From: Octopus vulgaris
Lineage: Eukaryota
Direction of reading: 5' to 3'
DNA: 64,000 nt
NCBI GenBank assembly: GCA_951406725.2
Contig: OX597816.1
Coordinates: forward strand, 172,608,001 to 172,672,000
Shown here: positions 44,473 through 58,462 of the stretch, one piece after another
How the letters are laid out: every line of letters begins with the position of its first letter
Position numbering within the stretch: position 1 is the stretch's first letter
The notes under the pieces: generated by a model
The model's input: only the letters and a program-made list of their open reading frames with translations
Databases searched by the model: none
Told to the model about the DNA's origin: nothing
Made by a program: the position numbers and the translations under genes

Positions 44473-44747
44473 CCTCTCTATCGTTTTTTTTTCCACATTT
44501 GCTTTTATAAGATATATTTTGAAAATTTATTTTACTTGCTTCTATTTTTCTTTTTTGCTTTCATTAAAGATGCTTCGTTGTCAAAAATGTTGCCGTTTTT
44601 CTTGTTATTGTTGTTATTGAAAATGTTGCTCATGTTGTTGCGAATGTGTCTCCATTCCTTTCGTCGTCGTGGTTCTTGCTGTTGTTGTTGCCGAGGAATT
44701 TGCATCTCTTGTCATCGTTGATGGCCTCATATCTTTAGTTTTCTTTT

Positions 44748-44801
44748 TGATGATGTTGATGATGACGATGATAATGATGATGATGATGATGACGGTCACG
44801 G

Positions 44802-44847
<46 letters not shown>

Positions 44848-45117
44848 CACGTATATGATCATCATCTTGTTAGTCACGTTGATACCAACGATGACGATGA
44901 TAATAATGATTGCAAAGAGAATAGCGATGGCGATGTTGCTAAGGAATAACAATATCAACAATATTGTCAGTGCTGACGGCGACGATGACGACGATGAAGA
45001 CGATGAAGACGATGGTGGCGGTAGTGGTGGTGGTAATGATGATGGTAGTGACGATGATGATGATGATGATGATGATTATGATGACGATGACGATGACGAT
45101 GATGATGATGATGAGGG

Positions 45118-45162
<45 letters not shown>

Positions 45163-45197
45163 GGGTGATGATGATGATGATGAGGGTGATGATGATG

Positions 45198-45229
<32 letters not shown>

Positions 45230-45248
45230 GATGATGATGATGATAATG

Positions 45249-45321
<73 letters not shown>

Positions 45322-45351
45322 GGGTGATGATGATGATGATGATGGTGATGA
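44748..45351 (+). repeat. (GAT)n microsatellite complex
   Basis: Seen directly. Confidence 0.95.
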
Positions 45352-45714
45352 TTTTCATGCTGATGACGTTGACGAATGCGACCGCAGCGTCGACGGGGCT
45401 GGCGGTGACGATATTGTCGTGTGCCTCTTAATGGCAAGTTCCGTGTGTATAGTAAACCGGGGGTGTGAAACTGCTCTTTAAAATATGTATTTTGATGAGT
45501 CCCAGCTGATTTCATTTGAATGCGTAATCAACGCACACCACTGGCTTGCTTCTAATTTATGTATTTATGTATATATTTATATAATTTATCTTCTTTTTAT
45601 ATTCCTTTCCTTCTTAACCGCCCATTCACTGCGTTCTTTTAAATGTGTCTCTGTTGGCAATGATTCGTGCTCGCATGCAAACATCCACTACACATGCGAA
45701 TGGATATATATATA

Positions 45715-45759
<45 letters not shown>

Positions 45760-45976
45760 GATAAATTTAATGCAGTTGAACGGCAGTTTTTAAAATCTTT
45801 CGCTCTGGAACTTTAAACAGCTGTAAATATATAATTGTCATTCTTTTCTCACATAGAATATATGTACGTGCGTGCGTGCGTGTGTATATACCCGCACGTA
45901 TTTGTGGACTCAACTTCTTTATGCACACACACACACATACCTACACACATATATTTATATATACATATAAATACAA

Positions 45977-46435
<459 letters not shown>

Positions 46436-46660
46436 ATTTCTTTACTGCCCACAAGGGGCTACACACAGAGGGGACAAACAAGGGCAGACAAATGGATTAA
46501 GTCGATTATATCGACCCAAGTGCGTAACTGGTACTTATTTAATCATCACCGAAAGGATGAAAGGCAAAGTCGACCTCGGCGAAATTTGAACTCAGAACGT
46601 AGCGGCAGACGAAATACAGCTTAAGCATTTCGCCCGGCGTGCTAACGTTTCGGCCAGCTC
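46436..46660 (-). mobile_element. SINE family B copy
   Basis: Near full-length match to 54910-55140. Confidence 0.9.
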
Positions 46661-46866
46661 ATACATACATATATATATAACCTTTGCATTTGATTTTTTG
46701 ATGTCCTTACCCCCAAACTTTCGTGAGTTGAGTTAAGCAAACACTATATGAGAGAGATTTTCTTTAAGTATTAGAAATAGCTTTAAAAAAGTTTTTTAGC
46801 TGCTATTTCTAATGAGTTCAGTATGCGGCAAAGTAATTTATTTTACTAAGCCCTTTTATATAATGT

Positions 46867-46938
<72 letters not shown>

Positions 46939-47249
46939 ATATACACACACACATATATAAATATACGTATATGTATAGATAAATATTTGTGGGTATGTGT
47001 CCGTGTATAAAGATGCTGAGCACACAAATACGACTGGGTGTATATATGCATTCTATGTGCATAAATAATAATAATACATATTTAGAGCTGTTCAAAGTTC
47101 TACAGCGACAGATTTTAAAAACTGCCGCTTAATTACATTGAATTTATCCTAGGTATTCTAAATTGCGTGTTTGGTGCGAATTGCTGGTTCCACTTTGTTG
47201 CCCAGCCTTCCACTGTCGCTTACAATGGTGACTGCAGACCCTATTTGCT

Positions 47250-47970
47250 TTCCAAATAACGGTTAGCATCATTTTTTCTGCTGTAGGTCGAGACTTGGTG
47301 ATTTCTAGTGCTTCCACTCCATACTCTGGCTTTTCGATTCTGGCTCAAAGTGATGGGCCCAGATCTCATCTTCTATGACTGCACTCTCCCAAAAAAAGCG
47401 TCATTTTCATCACTGTAGCGTTCGAGTAAGCGTTGACAGATTTCCACACGATTGCACTTATGCGCTTCGGTAAGCTCTCTTAGCACCCGTCTTGCACAGA
47501 CTTTACAGAAATGAAGCATGTCGTGGATAGTTTCGTATGCAAAAACATGTCTGATTTTCAGAGAACATGCCACCCCATCCCCATCGACGGTCACTCGTCA
47601 GTTCATCAGAAGCATCTCTCGAGCTTGTTGAATTTTCTCGTCAATGGGAAGGTTGATAGGCGCCCTGCTCTCACTTCATACTTGTCCGACCATTTTAACA
47701 CTTCTCGAGCTACTCATATGCACTTCTACGAAGTAGAGCGCTGTCCTTGTATTGTACACATCAGAGAAATCGAATCAGTGATCTCTGTTCTCTGCTCAGC
47801 AGAGTGGCCATATTTACACTGCAACACAAAGAAGACTGGAGCGATGAAAGTGAAACCTCGATTATACAACCACAAGGAAACCACCTTTTAGCACGCGAAT
47901 ACTAAAAGTAGGGCAGCCATTGCTAAGGAAACTTTTGGCCTGGCAAAAGTGTGGATAGCTTTTGACTTAT
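47250..47970 (-). mobile_element. Mariner transposase N-terminal fragment
   Basis: KVCARRVLRELTEAHKCNRVEICQRLL, DEIWAHHFEPESKSQSMEWKH. Confidence 0.85.
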
Positions 47971-47971
47971 A

Positions 47972-48240
47972 GTCATTTGCAGTTCAGTCGCTTTACAGAA
48001 TTTACAGCATAATGGGTATTGCAGGAATCAGTAGGCAGAAGATCATCACGTTGGCTGTGGAGGCAGCAGGAGCCGCATTAAAGATCAGGAGGTGCAAGCC
48101 ATGGAAGGAGTAAAGCAACCAGGGATAGTGCTAACTGGACAGAAGCTGGGGTGATAAAAATCCCCGCTGAGTCGTCAGGGTGGGAGTGTCTGGTGTTGAA
48201 AGATTTGACCACAAGGAACAGGTGCACAACTGGAAATTTT
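47972..48240 (+). mobile_element. HERO-like RLE LINE 3' end
   Basis: FAVQSLYRIYSIMGIAGISRQKII..AVEAA followed by a UTR with gtgtctggtgttgaaaga; clade assignment is from recalled motif similarity. Confidence 0.5.
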
Positions 48241-48627
48241 AAGATCTTTATAATATGTAAGAAAAAAGGGGGAATATTGAATGTGTATATTCTGTGCATC
48301 TTCTTCAGTACTTTTTCCTTATTCTGACTACCAGGGCACGCAAAGAGTATGAATATAAATATAATATATTTACTGAAATATATTTTCCTCTTTATAATAT
48401 ACTCACACATATATGTTGCAAATGTGTGTGTGTGCGTATGCAATTTTTATTAAGCGGAATAAATAAACTATTTACATATTCTCTTATCACGTGTTCATGA
48501 ATGTATATGTGTGTATGTAAGAACTTATATATATATATATATTTCTACGTATATGCGTTTTACACATTATATGTACGCATTCACACACACGAATGTATAC
48601 ATATTACATAATATTATATTACACTGC

Positions 48628-48660
<33 letters not shown>

Positions 48661-48677
48661 ATCTATCTATCTATCTA

Positions 48678-48775
<98 letters not shown>

Positions 48776-49231
48776 TATACACACACACACACACATAAAA
48801 ACAGAGAGAGAGAGAGAGAGAGAAGAAGGGAGTGAAGGAGTGAAAGAGAAGGAGAGAGAGAGAGGGAGGGGAGAGATAGAGGAAGAGAAACATTATGTCA
48901 AATACATATGTGATCTCATTTCATTGAAGAAATGCATTAGCTTTGTTTATGAATAAATGTATATATCTTAGAGTTATGTAGTTATGTATGTGCGTATGCA
49001 TGTATGTGTGTATTACATGCTTGTGGAATTGGGAGCGAGTGTGGATTTATGCAAATATATACAAATATAAAAGAGTCACGCACGGGTACATAAGAACATG
49101 TATATATTACGTATATGTGTGCAAATAGATATATAATATATTTTATATAGATATTTACAAATTATACCTGTTTTATTTATCTACATCTATATAATATGCT
49201 ACGTATAGTGGTAAATAGTATATATATATAT

Positions 49232-49440
49232 ATTTCTTTACTACCCACAAGGGGCTAAACACAGAGGGGACAAACAAGGACAGACGAACGGATTAAGTCG
49301 ATTATATTAATTTATCGACCCCGAAAGAATGAAAGGCAAAGTCGACCTCGGCGGAATTTGAACCCAGAACGTAACGGCAGACGAAATACGGCTACGCATT
49401 TCGCCCGGCATGCTAACGATTCTGCCAGCTCGCCGCCTTT
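49232..49440 (-). mobile_element. SINE family B copy
   Basis: Head aaggcggcgagctggcagaatcgttagc, family core present. Confidence 0.9.
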
Positions 49441-49502
49441 GAGTATATATATATATATTATATATACGAAAAATATACACGCACACAAACACGTGCATAT
49501 AT

Positions 49503-49921
49503 ATTCTTTCATTCTTTTACTTGTTACAGTAATTTTGACTGTGGCCATGCTGGAGCACCACCTTTTAGTCTAACAAATCGACCCCTGGACTTATTCTTTG
49601 TAAGCCTGATACTTAATATATCGGTCTCTTTAGCCGAACTGCTAAGTTACAGGGACGTAAACACACCAACATCTGTTGTCAAGCGATGGTGGAGGGAAAA
49701 ACACAGACACAAACACACAAATATATATATATGTGTGTGTACGTGTGTGTGCGCGAGCGTGTATACGACAGGTTTTTTCCCGTTTCCGTCTACCAAATCC
49801 ACTCACAAGGCTTTGGTCGGCTCAAAGCTATAGTAGAAGACACTTGCCCAAGCAGTAGCACTGATATCCCAGTCATGTGGTTGAAAAGCAAGCTTCTTAC
49901 TACACAGCCACACCTGCGCGC
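49503..49921 (-). mobile_element. SINE family A copy
   Basis: Matches 23477-23869. Confidence 0.85.
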
Positions 49922-49948
49922 ATATATATATATATACACATATATATA

Positions 49949-50075
49949 TATAATCAAGAAGAAAGCAACCGTTCTTGTTGCTTTCTTCTTGGTTATAATC
50001 ATCCCACGTAATTTTATGGTTAATACCATAAAAAATTCTGGTGCATCTAAGTTAAGTACCATATTCTTTTGAATC
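49949..50075. mobile_element. Fold-back mini-element (21-bp arms plus tail) inside (TA)n
   Basis: tataatcaagaagaaagcaac / gttgctttcttcttggttata; tail shared with 56397-56590. Confidence 0.7.
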
Positions 50076-50079
50076 TATA

Positions 50080-50119
<40 letters not shown>

Positions 50120-50122
<3 letters not shown>

Positions 50123-50388
50123 CTATACAATAATATGTTACATTACTCAATAGTCAAGATAAAACTCTGAGTTTCAGATGCCGAAGTGGGAATCCACGAC
50201 ATCTCTTCGGTTATCTGGCTATTAGTCAGATAACCGAAGAGATGTCGTGGATTCCCACTTCGGCATCTGAAACTCAGAGTTTTATCTTGACTATTGAGTA
50301 ATGTAACATATTATTGTATAGATAAATTTCCTCTATTTACATAATATTGAGGTCTTTTTCTTTCTTTTGTTATCTTACCGTTTTACCA
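50120..50388. mobile_element. Fold-back mini-element (101-bp arms, 3-nt loop, ~64-bp tail) inside (TA)n
   Basis: 50120-50220 is the reverse complement of 50224-50324 with one mismatch near the loop. Confidence 0.85.
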
Positions 50389-50433
50389 ATATATATATAT
50401 GTATATATATATATATATGTAGATAGATACACA

Positions 50434-50524
<91 letters not shown>

Positions 50525-50855
50525 ATAATACAGTGATTGTTTCTTATCAGGAACAAAATGTTTAATAGGACTGCTATAGAAGTGCTCAATTGAATGAGAC
50601 TCTTTCTTGTATTTTCTTATATGCTTGTACTTATGAGTTGTGTTTCATCTTCCGTGATGTTATACATGTATATTCTATGTGAAAGAAAAAGCATTTTGTG
50701 ATTAAATGTTCGAGATATGAAATGTTACGTGGATGACCTTGTATTTGTTTGTATATATACATATATATATGTGTGTATGTATCTATGTTTATATATATAT
50801 ATATATATATGTGTGTATATATATACACATACATATATATACATATACATATATA

Positions 50856-50889
<34 letters not shown>

Positions 50890-50985
50890 CATATACATAT
50901 ACATATATGTATGTATCTATGTTTATATATATGTGTGTGTGTGTATATATATGCATACATACATACATACATATACAGATATATG

Positions 50986-51029
<44 letters not shown>

Positions 51030-51150
51030 TATTATATAGAAATTCGGGGTGAGTACTTGATAATTATAAGCACCTGTGTATACCGTTTGGTGGTGTAGGT
51101 GGTTGAGTAAATTGATCAAAATAAAATAAAACCATGATGCGAAGGATTCA

Positions 51151-51228
51151 GCGGTACATATGTTTCGGGCCTTTATTAGACAGATTTATAACAAAGCATA
51201 ATGTATGTCTGTGGCCTTCTTCAGCCGC
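51151..51228 (-). ncRNA. Type I hammerhead ribozyme with elongated stem II
   Basis: Minus strand: GCGG-CUGAAGA-AGGCC[..AGACA..UGUCU..]GGCCC-GAAAC(AUAU)GUA-CCGC. Canonical core and palindromic ACAUAUGU; first pair of stem II is an A-C mismatch. Confidence 0.7.
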
Positions 51229-51440
51229 GCACAACAGCTTCCACAAGGACATGTGTTACATCAAAAATTCTTGGTTGGGGATGCAAATCCTCTCGTTCAC
51301 GTACGACATAATGCGGCAGCAGCATAGAATTGAAGCGTCCATCTCTTTCTTCTCTCAATGTAGAATGAGGAAAATTGGATGTTATATATATTATATATAT
51401 ATATATATATATATTATATATTATATATATATATATATTA

Positions 51441-51497
<57 letters not shown>

Positions 51498-51529
51498 TAT
51501 ATATATATATATATTATATATATTATATA

Positions 51530-51588
<59 letters not shown>

Positions 51589-51855
51589 CACGCCGATAAA
51601 TATAAATATAATATATATAAGTGTACATCCCATCTCTTGCCAATCGGTCTTAGTTTACATTTCAATAACATAGCAGTTCACCAAATAGATCGAGAGAATA
51701 AATACCAAGCTTTAAAAAAGTAAGTACTGAGGGGTCAGTTTGTTCGAGCAAAGCCTTAAAGGCGTCACCACCAGCCTGGCCCCTGTCGACAAGCGCAAGC
51801 AAAAGAGAAAAATAATAGCTATCCATGGTAGATGTATACATTGAATATATATATA

Positions 51856-51898
<43 letters not shown>

Positions 51899-52022
51899 TT
51901 TACTGGGATCAACCAGAGTCTGGGACCATGCTGGAGCACCACCCATCCGTATTTTGGGGTCTCCTTTCTGTACTGGTTTGGTAAGGGAGCGAGTTGGACG
52001 AAGCTACTCTTCTCTGTGCCTG

Positions 52023-52071
<49 letters not shown>

Positions 52072-52220
52072 ATACATACATAAATACATGTATATCTATA
52101 TATACACATTCCCATACACACATACTCACACACACATATATATATATTCAATATACATATATACACAGGGTGTTAGTAAAGGGTGTGTAGTAAAATAGCG
52201 CAACACGCTAGAGCATTAAG

Positions 52221-52274
<54 letters not shown>

Positions 52275-52350
52275 AAATAGAAAGATGAATTTTCTTGTAA
52301 CAGATTATTCAAAGGTTTAACCGATACCTGGGTAGCAAAAATCACAGCGG

Positions 52351-52498
<148 letters not shown>

Positions 52499-52529
52499 TT
52501 GAACACAGTGAATGCTGATTTTACTCATA

Positions 52530-53105
52530 TATAATTAGAATACAATCAGTGAAGTAAACGAAGAATCATAATAAAGAAATTTATGAAATATGGATTGAAA
52601 AGTAGGCTCAAAGATTGTTCTCAAAATGTAATAATCAATTCGGGACAGAACCTTTTGGCATAATTCTGTGTCGATCACACGGACAGCATTTTGTATTTCC
52701 ACTCGAAGTTGATTGACGGTACGCGGATCGCGACCATATACTCGATCTTTTAATATTCCCCAAAGGCAAAAGTCACATGGGATAAGGTCGGGTCACCGGG
52801 ATGGCCATTCAATTGGCTCCAGAAAATTGTCATCCAACCACTGGCGTACTTGCAATGAATAATGTGGTGGCGCCTCATCCTGCTAGAAGTGAACGTCACC
52901 TGCTCGTTCTGCCACTTGTGGCCAGAACCAGTTTCGAAGCATGTCAGAGTCTGAAACTTTGGTGACAATACCATCAAAAAGTATGGTCCAACGATGCCCT
53001 GTGATGAAATGGCACACCACACGCTGTGACACCAGGCAAATTCAGAGACTTCTGCAAAGTGTGGTGAAAATTTTCGGAATTCCAGTATACGCAGTTATCA
53101 CGTAA
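52530..53105 (-). mobile_element. Tc1/mariner-superfamily transposase fragment
   Basis: VWCAISSQGIVGPYF, QQDEAPPHY, EWPSR.PDLIPCDFCLWGILK. Confidence 0.85.
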
Positions 53106-53517
53106 GGCTAGGGATGGGAACGATGACTTCCCCTTGCAAATACTAGTCGGACACGGAATGTGTGCCGTCGGTCAGCTGGAAGAGATGTCTTCCTGGGGCT
53201 ATAAACGTCAGTAGCACTGTCTCGTGTGGGACGCCACACTTTGTTGGCAATTATATATATATATATATTTATAAATAAGGATAATATCGATTGAAGGCAG
53301 AGCTTATTTGAAGCAAACCTAGAAATCCAGGATCTTGAATTATTCAGTAATATCTTTCTGCTAGTCTATTTTTGTCCCTCTGCCTTATCTCATGGTGCGA
53401 TATGAACATTTAAGGTGGTTTTTAGAGTCAGGGATTTGACTGCTATTTCGGCATGGTGGTGTCTCTCAGACACCCTTATTTTTAGTTATATATATATATA
53501 TATATATATACGTATAC

Positions 53518-53571
<54 letters not shown>

Positions 53572-54271
53572 TACATATACACAAACACACGCACGTGCGC
53601 GCACTGCACACATACATACACACATACACACACACACATATATTTCATACTTGTAGAAATCATGTGTGTCGATTTTTTTTATGGTTGTAGTTCTTTGTTT
53701 CCGCCATCACGTTTGGGGCGACGCGGAATAGCGTCTTCAGAGTTGAATGATTTGTCTTTTGTGTCGTCTGCGTATTTATCAAATTTGTTTGTTCGATTTC
53801 GTTTTCTTTACATTTAAGCATCACGAGATCAATGAATTGCTGGAAGCGTCTTTGTTCTGATTGTAGTCTTTAGTTTGGTGGCCCGTTGCCAGAGTCGTTA
53901 GAGCAGCCTCGAGTGAAATCCCTTTCGATATCCTGATGTTTCTGATTTGAATTGTCGATGAGGTCACCCTTTGCCTTTCATTCGCTTGAGAGATCGATAA
54001 AGTAAAGTACCAAACCAAGGTGGTGAACTGGCAGAATCTATGGAGCGTTTGTCAGGAAGCGTCGTGTTAGTTGTCTCTGCTCTTTTCACCACATAGGAGG
54101 TGATCTTACTTCACTGCCCGTTTTAGCACAACCTGGGTGTCTTTAACGGTAGAACCTGCTCTGTATTAAGCATTCGAGTCAGGTTTGTAGTTAAAATTCT
54201 CCTTCTCACTAATTTCGATGACCGTGAAAAGCAATGAGAGTACTGCCCTTCTGCCTGAAAAGGCAATAAAT

Positions 54272-54645
54272 GGAAGCACTCCGTCGGTTACGACGACGAG
54301 GGTTCCGGTTGATCCGAATCAACGGAACAGCCTGCTCGTGAAATTAACGTGTAAGTGGCTGAGCACTCCACAGCCACGTGCACCCTTAACGTAGTTCTCG
54401 GGGATATTCAGAGAGTGACAAGGCCGGCCCTTTGAAATACAGATACAACAGAAACAGGAAGTAAGAGTGAGAGAAAGTTGTGGTGAAAGAGTACAGCAGG
54501 GATCACCACCATCCTCTGCCGGAGCCTCGTGGAGCTTTAGGTGTTTTCGCTCAATAAACACTCACAACGTCCGGTCTGGGAATCGAAACCGCGATCCTAT
54601 GACCGCGAGTCCGCTGCCCTAACCACTGGGCCATTGCGCCTCCAC
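54272..54645 (-). mobile_element. SINE family C full-length copy (tRNA-Arg-like head) with 11-bp TSD
   Basis: Head gtggaggcgcaatggcccagtggttaggg...ggtttcgattccc (A/B boxes, TCG at the anticodon position); TSD aggcaataaat at 54261-54271 and 54646-54656. Confidence 0.9.
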
Positions 54646-54909
54646 AGGCAATAAATAAAAGCGATCCGGATTCACGGACGGACATGCATCTCTTTATTTC
54701 TTTATATTCTAATGGGAAACATTTAAGAAGTAGTTATGTACATACCAGCCTGTTATTATATAGCTTCCTGGTTATGTAAAAATTCAAGGATGTGTTGAAG
54801 TTGATAATACCTCCCATTTTTCTAGTTCATTATTTCTCTTCTGCCGAAATTTGGAGCAATGCTATAATCTCTTCCATGTACATCTAATGGGTGCAATATT
54901 CGCGTTAAC

Positions 54910-55186
54910 AAGGCGGCGTGTTGGCAGAAACGTTAGCACGTCGGGCGAAATGCTTAGCGGTATTTCGTCTGCCGTTACGTTCTGAGTTCAAATTCCGCCG
55001 AGGTCGACTTTGCCTTTCATCCTTTCGGGGTCGATTAAATAAGTACCAGTTACGCACTGGGGTCGATGTAATCGACTTAATCCGTTTGTCTGTCTTGTTT
55101 GTTCCTTCTGTGTTTAGCCTCTTGTGGGTAGTAAAGAAATAGGTATTTTGTCTTTCTTTACGTTCTGAGTTCAAATTCCGCCGGGG
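54910..55186 (+). mobile_element. SINE family B copy plus partial second unit
   Basis: Full unit 54910-55141 with core ggtcgactttgcctttcatcctttcggggtcgattaaataagtaccag (resembles the Meta/Sauria-SINE central domain), then restarts at ggtattttgtct. Confidence 0.9.
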
Positions 55187-55570
55187 CTATTCACTTGCAA
55201 TGCAAGAATAGGAGATTGCTGCTAAATGCCTAATCAACAAAAGAGACAGTGAAGCTCATGGAGTTCCAAGATGCACCCGTAAATGTAAATACTGTCCTGG
55301 AATAAATATCGAGAATCCACCTGTTATTGAATACGTACACAAATACCAGCACAAGGAATACTGGTGGAACATTCCCATCAAAACATCTGTCGAGTGTAAG
55401 CCCAACAGGCTGGATATTGTTGTTTGGGATGTGCAAGAAAACGTATGTATCATCATTAGAGGTCATCTGTCCTGTTGATGTGAATATCTCTTTGAAAATC
55501 AAAGAGAAAGAAGACAATTATGGACAACTGTTTCAAAACCTTCAGCTTCTAAATCTGGATTACAAATAAT
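55187..55570 (+). mobile_element. RLE LINE fragment
   Basis: AMQE.EIAAKCL, HKEYWWNIPIKT, RLDIVVWDVQ...IIRGHL/CPVDVNISLKIKEKEDNYGQL. Confidence 0.6.
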
Positions 55571-55789
55571 TAAATACAGAAGACACATACATACATACAT
55601 ACATAAATACATACATACATACATACATACATACATACATACATACATACATACATACAAACATACATACATACATACATAAAGGCATGTATGTATGTAT
55701 GTATGTATATATGAAGTTGTATAGAATGTTCTGTATAGAATTTTTAGTATTTATTTTAAATTGGAATTATAATATGTAACACAGCAAAT

Positions 55790-56368
55790 TTAACAAACTA
55801 TATTTCTTCGTTTTTTTTTGTTTTGCTTTTTTTTTTTTACATTTTCTATCACTCGTCTTCTTCATATATCTCAAGGTTTCGAATTCCTGATTTGAAAAAA
55901 AATTCCATGGGTTTTAAATTAAAATAAGTATTTAATTCCCGTTTTCAGCTTATTCTCTCTTCTTCCATGATGGCCATATCTTCCCGTCTATATGGTTTTG
56001 CAAAGATTTATATTGGCGGAAGTTTTATGGTGCATCATCTGGAGAATATGGAGGACGCAGCATCTTTTCCCATCCGAATGATTTAAGAACACTTTTATGA
56101 CAGGTTGGGCATTGTCTTGAAGGAAAAGAACCTTGCACCTATGGTTTATTAGATGCAGGGCGCATCGAATGGTGAAGTTGTAATTCGGCTCTAAAAGCTC
56201 ACAATGAAAAATCCCTTCCAAATCCTACAAAACACTCAATAAAAATTTCATTGGGGGAAGTCTCCTTCATGAATGCGGTACAGGTATTTGATCGGGGCTT
56301 AGCCATCGCCGGCAGTGATTGATATTCCCGTAAAGAACGCATTTTTCATTTCCATTCACGACCCGGTT
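55790..56368 (-). mobile_element. Decayed mariner fragment
   Basis: VVNGNEKC (VTGDEKW-like), EGIFHCELL, KVLFLQDNAQP. Confidence 0.65.
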
Positions 56369-56396
56369 TATATATATATATATATATATATATACA

Positions 56397-56589
56397 AACA
56401 AGAAAAAAGCAACAAAAATGGATCAGTATTTCGGTACAATTGTTTCATACGAAGACCAACTTTTTTAAGGCTGCAAATATTGCTCCGCATTATCTTATGG
56501 TTAATACCATATAGATTTCTGGTGCATCTAAGTTAAGTACCCCATTCATGTGAATTCAACAGAACTCACTTGAATCTTAATTGCTTTTA

Positions 56590-56590
<1 letters not shown>
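56397..56590. mobile_element. Sibling of the 49949 mini-element, carrying an antisense hammerhead 3' half
   Basis: Starts caagaaaaaagcaac, contains ggtacaattgtttc (reverse complement GAAAC-AATT-GTA), and includes the shared ttatggttaataccata...ctggtgcatctaagttaagtacc. Confidence 0.6.
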
Positions 56591-56652
<62 letters not shown>

Positions 56653-56657
<5 letters not shown>

Positions 56658-57103
56658 CTTAATAATTAGGGTTCAGCAAAGTTTTGCTTTACCACGTACC
56701 GAAGTTTAGAAATAGCAGCCAAAAAACCTTAGCTATTTCTTCTACTTTAAAAAGGGACTCCCAGAGAAACCAAAATACTTGAAAACAATTCACACGGGCA
56801 GAGAGGAAAGCAACGGAAATCAACCAGATATTGATTGATTGATTTTCGTTGCTTTCCTCTCTGCCCGTATGAATTGTTTTCAAGTATTTTTGTTTCTCTG
56901 GGAGTCCCTTTTTAAAGTAGAAGAAATAGCTAAGGTTTTTTGGCTGCTATTTCTAAACTTCGGTACGTGGTAAAGCAAAACTTTGCTGAACCCTAATTAT
57001 TAAGTATTACTTAAGTTTACCGTGAAATGGTCCTTTTTTCATGCCGAATTCTACTTGGTGAAATTATTGATTAATTCTTAATTAATTAATTTTACCCTTT
57101 GTT
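56653..57103. mobile_element. Fold-back mini-element (~174-bp arms plus ~94-bp tail) inside (TA)n
   Basis: 56653-56826 is the reverse complement of ~56836-57009 with about four mismatches. Confidence 0.85.
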
Positions 57104-57105
57104 AT

Positions 57106-57163
<58 letters not shown>

Positions 57164-58217
57164 TGTATGTATGTATGTATGTATGTATGTATCTGCACAT
57201 ATATATATACACACATACATAATGAAATATCTACAAGCATTCTCATACATACACATTCCCACACAATCATCAGTGTGCATACACATTCTCTTACACCGAA
57301 GCATAAAAGCATACGCCCAGACACGTACATACCATGTTATAGACCCGCAACCACAGAGATGACATTTTAAGACAGTTACAAAACTGTGTCCCATAGAAAC
57401 ACATGTCCACACTCGTCTTAGACGTGCGCAATCACACACTCAGCGATAGATCTATTTAATCATGTTATTGGTATTGTTGTTGATTAGGGCTGCGGTGCGA
57501 ATCATGGCTTTTTATCTTTAATAGATTCATCTCTTTTTGCCTCTGCGCTACAAATAAGCCCACATCAACAATAGAAATAATAGGCTGTTGCTGCTGCTAG
57601 AACAGCAACATTAGTAACAACAACAATAGTGGCTGCTGCTGCTGCTGTTTAATTGATGATGGTAATAGTCGTAACGATGATGACGACAATGATGATGATG
57701 AGGAGGAGGAGGACGTCGATGATGATGATGATGTTAACAATAACAGTTATAACTAGCGCAGTCGTATCATTTTCGTCCTTTAATGAAAACGCCGTAAAGA
57801 TTGCTATAATCTTGTTAGATTACTTGAAGGCTAATCCTCATCCCCATAGAATGAAACCGCCACATTTTAACCAGACTGATGTTTATCGTCTGCAACTTGC
57901 CAATCTCCGTTATCCATCACATTTCAACAATGGAATTTCATTGAATTCCCCACAAAATCTCCTACAATGCACTTCCCATTGAAATTTTTTTTTCTATTTT
58001 TGTTCTTTTTGGCAGTGATAATTGCACGTGTATTTGTGTTATATTTCCTTTGTGACTGTGTATATATAACAAATCGATGCATTTGTTGGTGTGCACCGAT
58101 GGTGATAGTGAGCAATGATCAAGACAATGATTTACATCATGTATGTATTTATCTGTCTATCTATCTGTCTGCCTGACTGCCTGTCTGCTTGTCTGTCTGT
58201 CTGTCTACGTATATATG

Positions 58218-58274
<57 letters not shown>

Positions 58275-58346
58275 ATATATATATATATCTATATATATAT
58301 ATATATATACACACACATAAATATATATGTATATATATACATATAA

Positions 58347-58403
<57 letters not shown>

Positions 58404-58462
58404 CTTGGAAATGAATGCCTGGTGTTCAATCAAATGATAATATAAATAATATATTAATATAT

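Noticed and set aside
40614-45515. Poly-E/K/F/L/S/D/H ORFs up to 518 aa
   Set aside because: Open in several frames only because they are trinucleotide repeats; no splice or domain support.
53690-53745. Hammerhead-like CUGAAGA-stem II-GAAAC on the minus strand
   Set aside because: Stem II pairs, but there is no UH cleavage site and no stem I or III partner.
54575-54645. tRNA-Arg-like sequence
   Set aside because: It is the head of a TSD-flanked SINE; the acceptor stem is not intact, so it is not called a tRNA gene.
57827-57982. Non-repetitive plus-strand ORF tail (YLKANPHPHRMKPP...)
   Set aside because: Weak acceptor, no recognisable domain, no linked exon.
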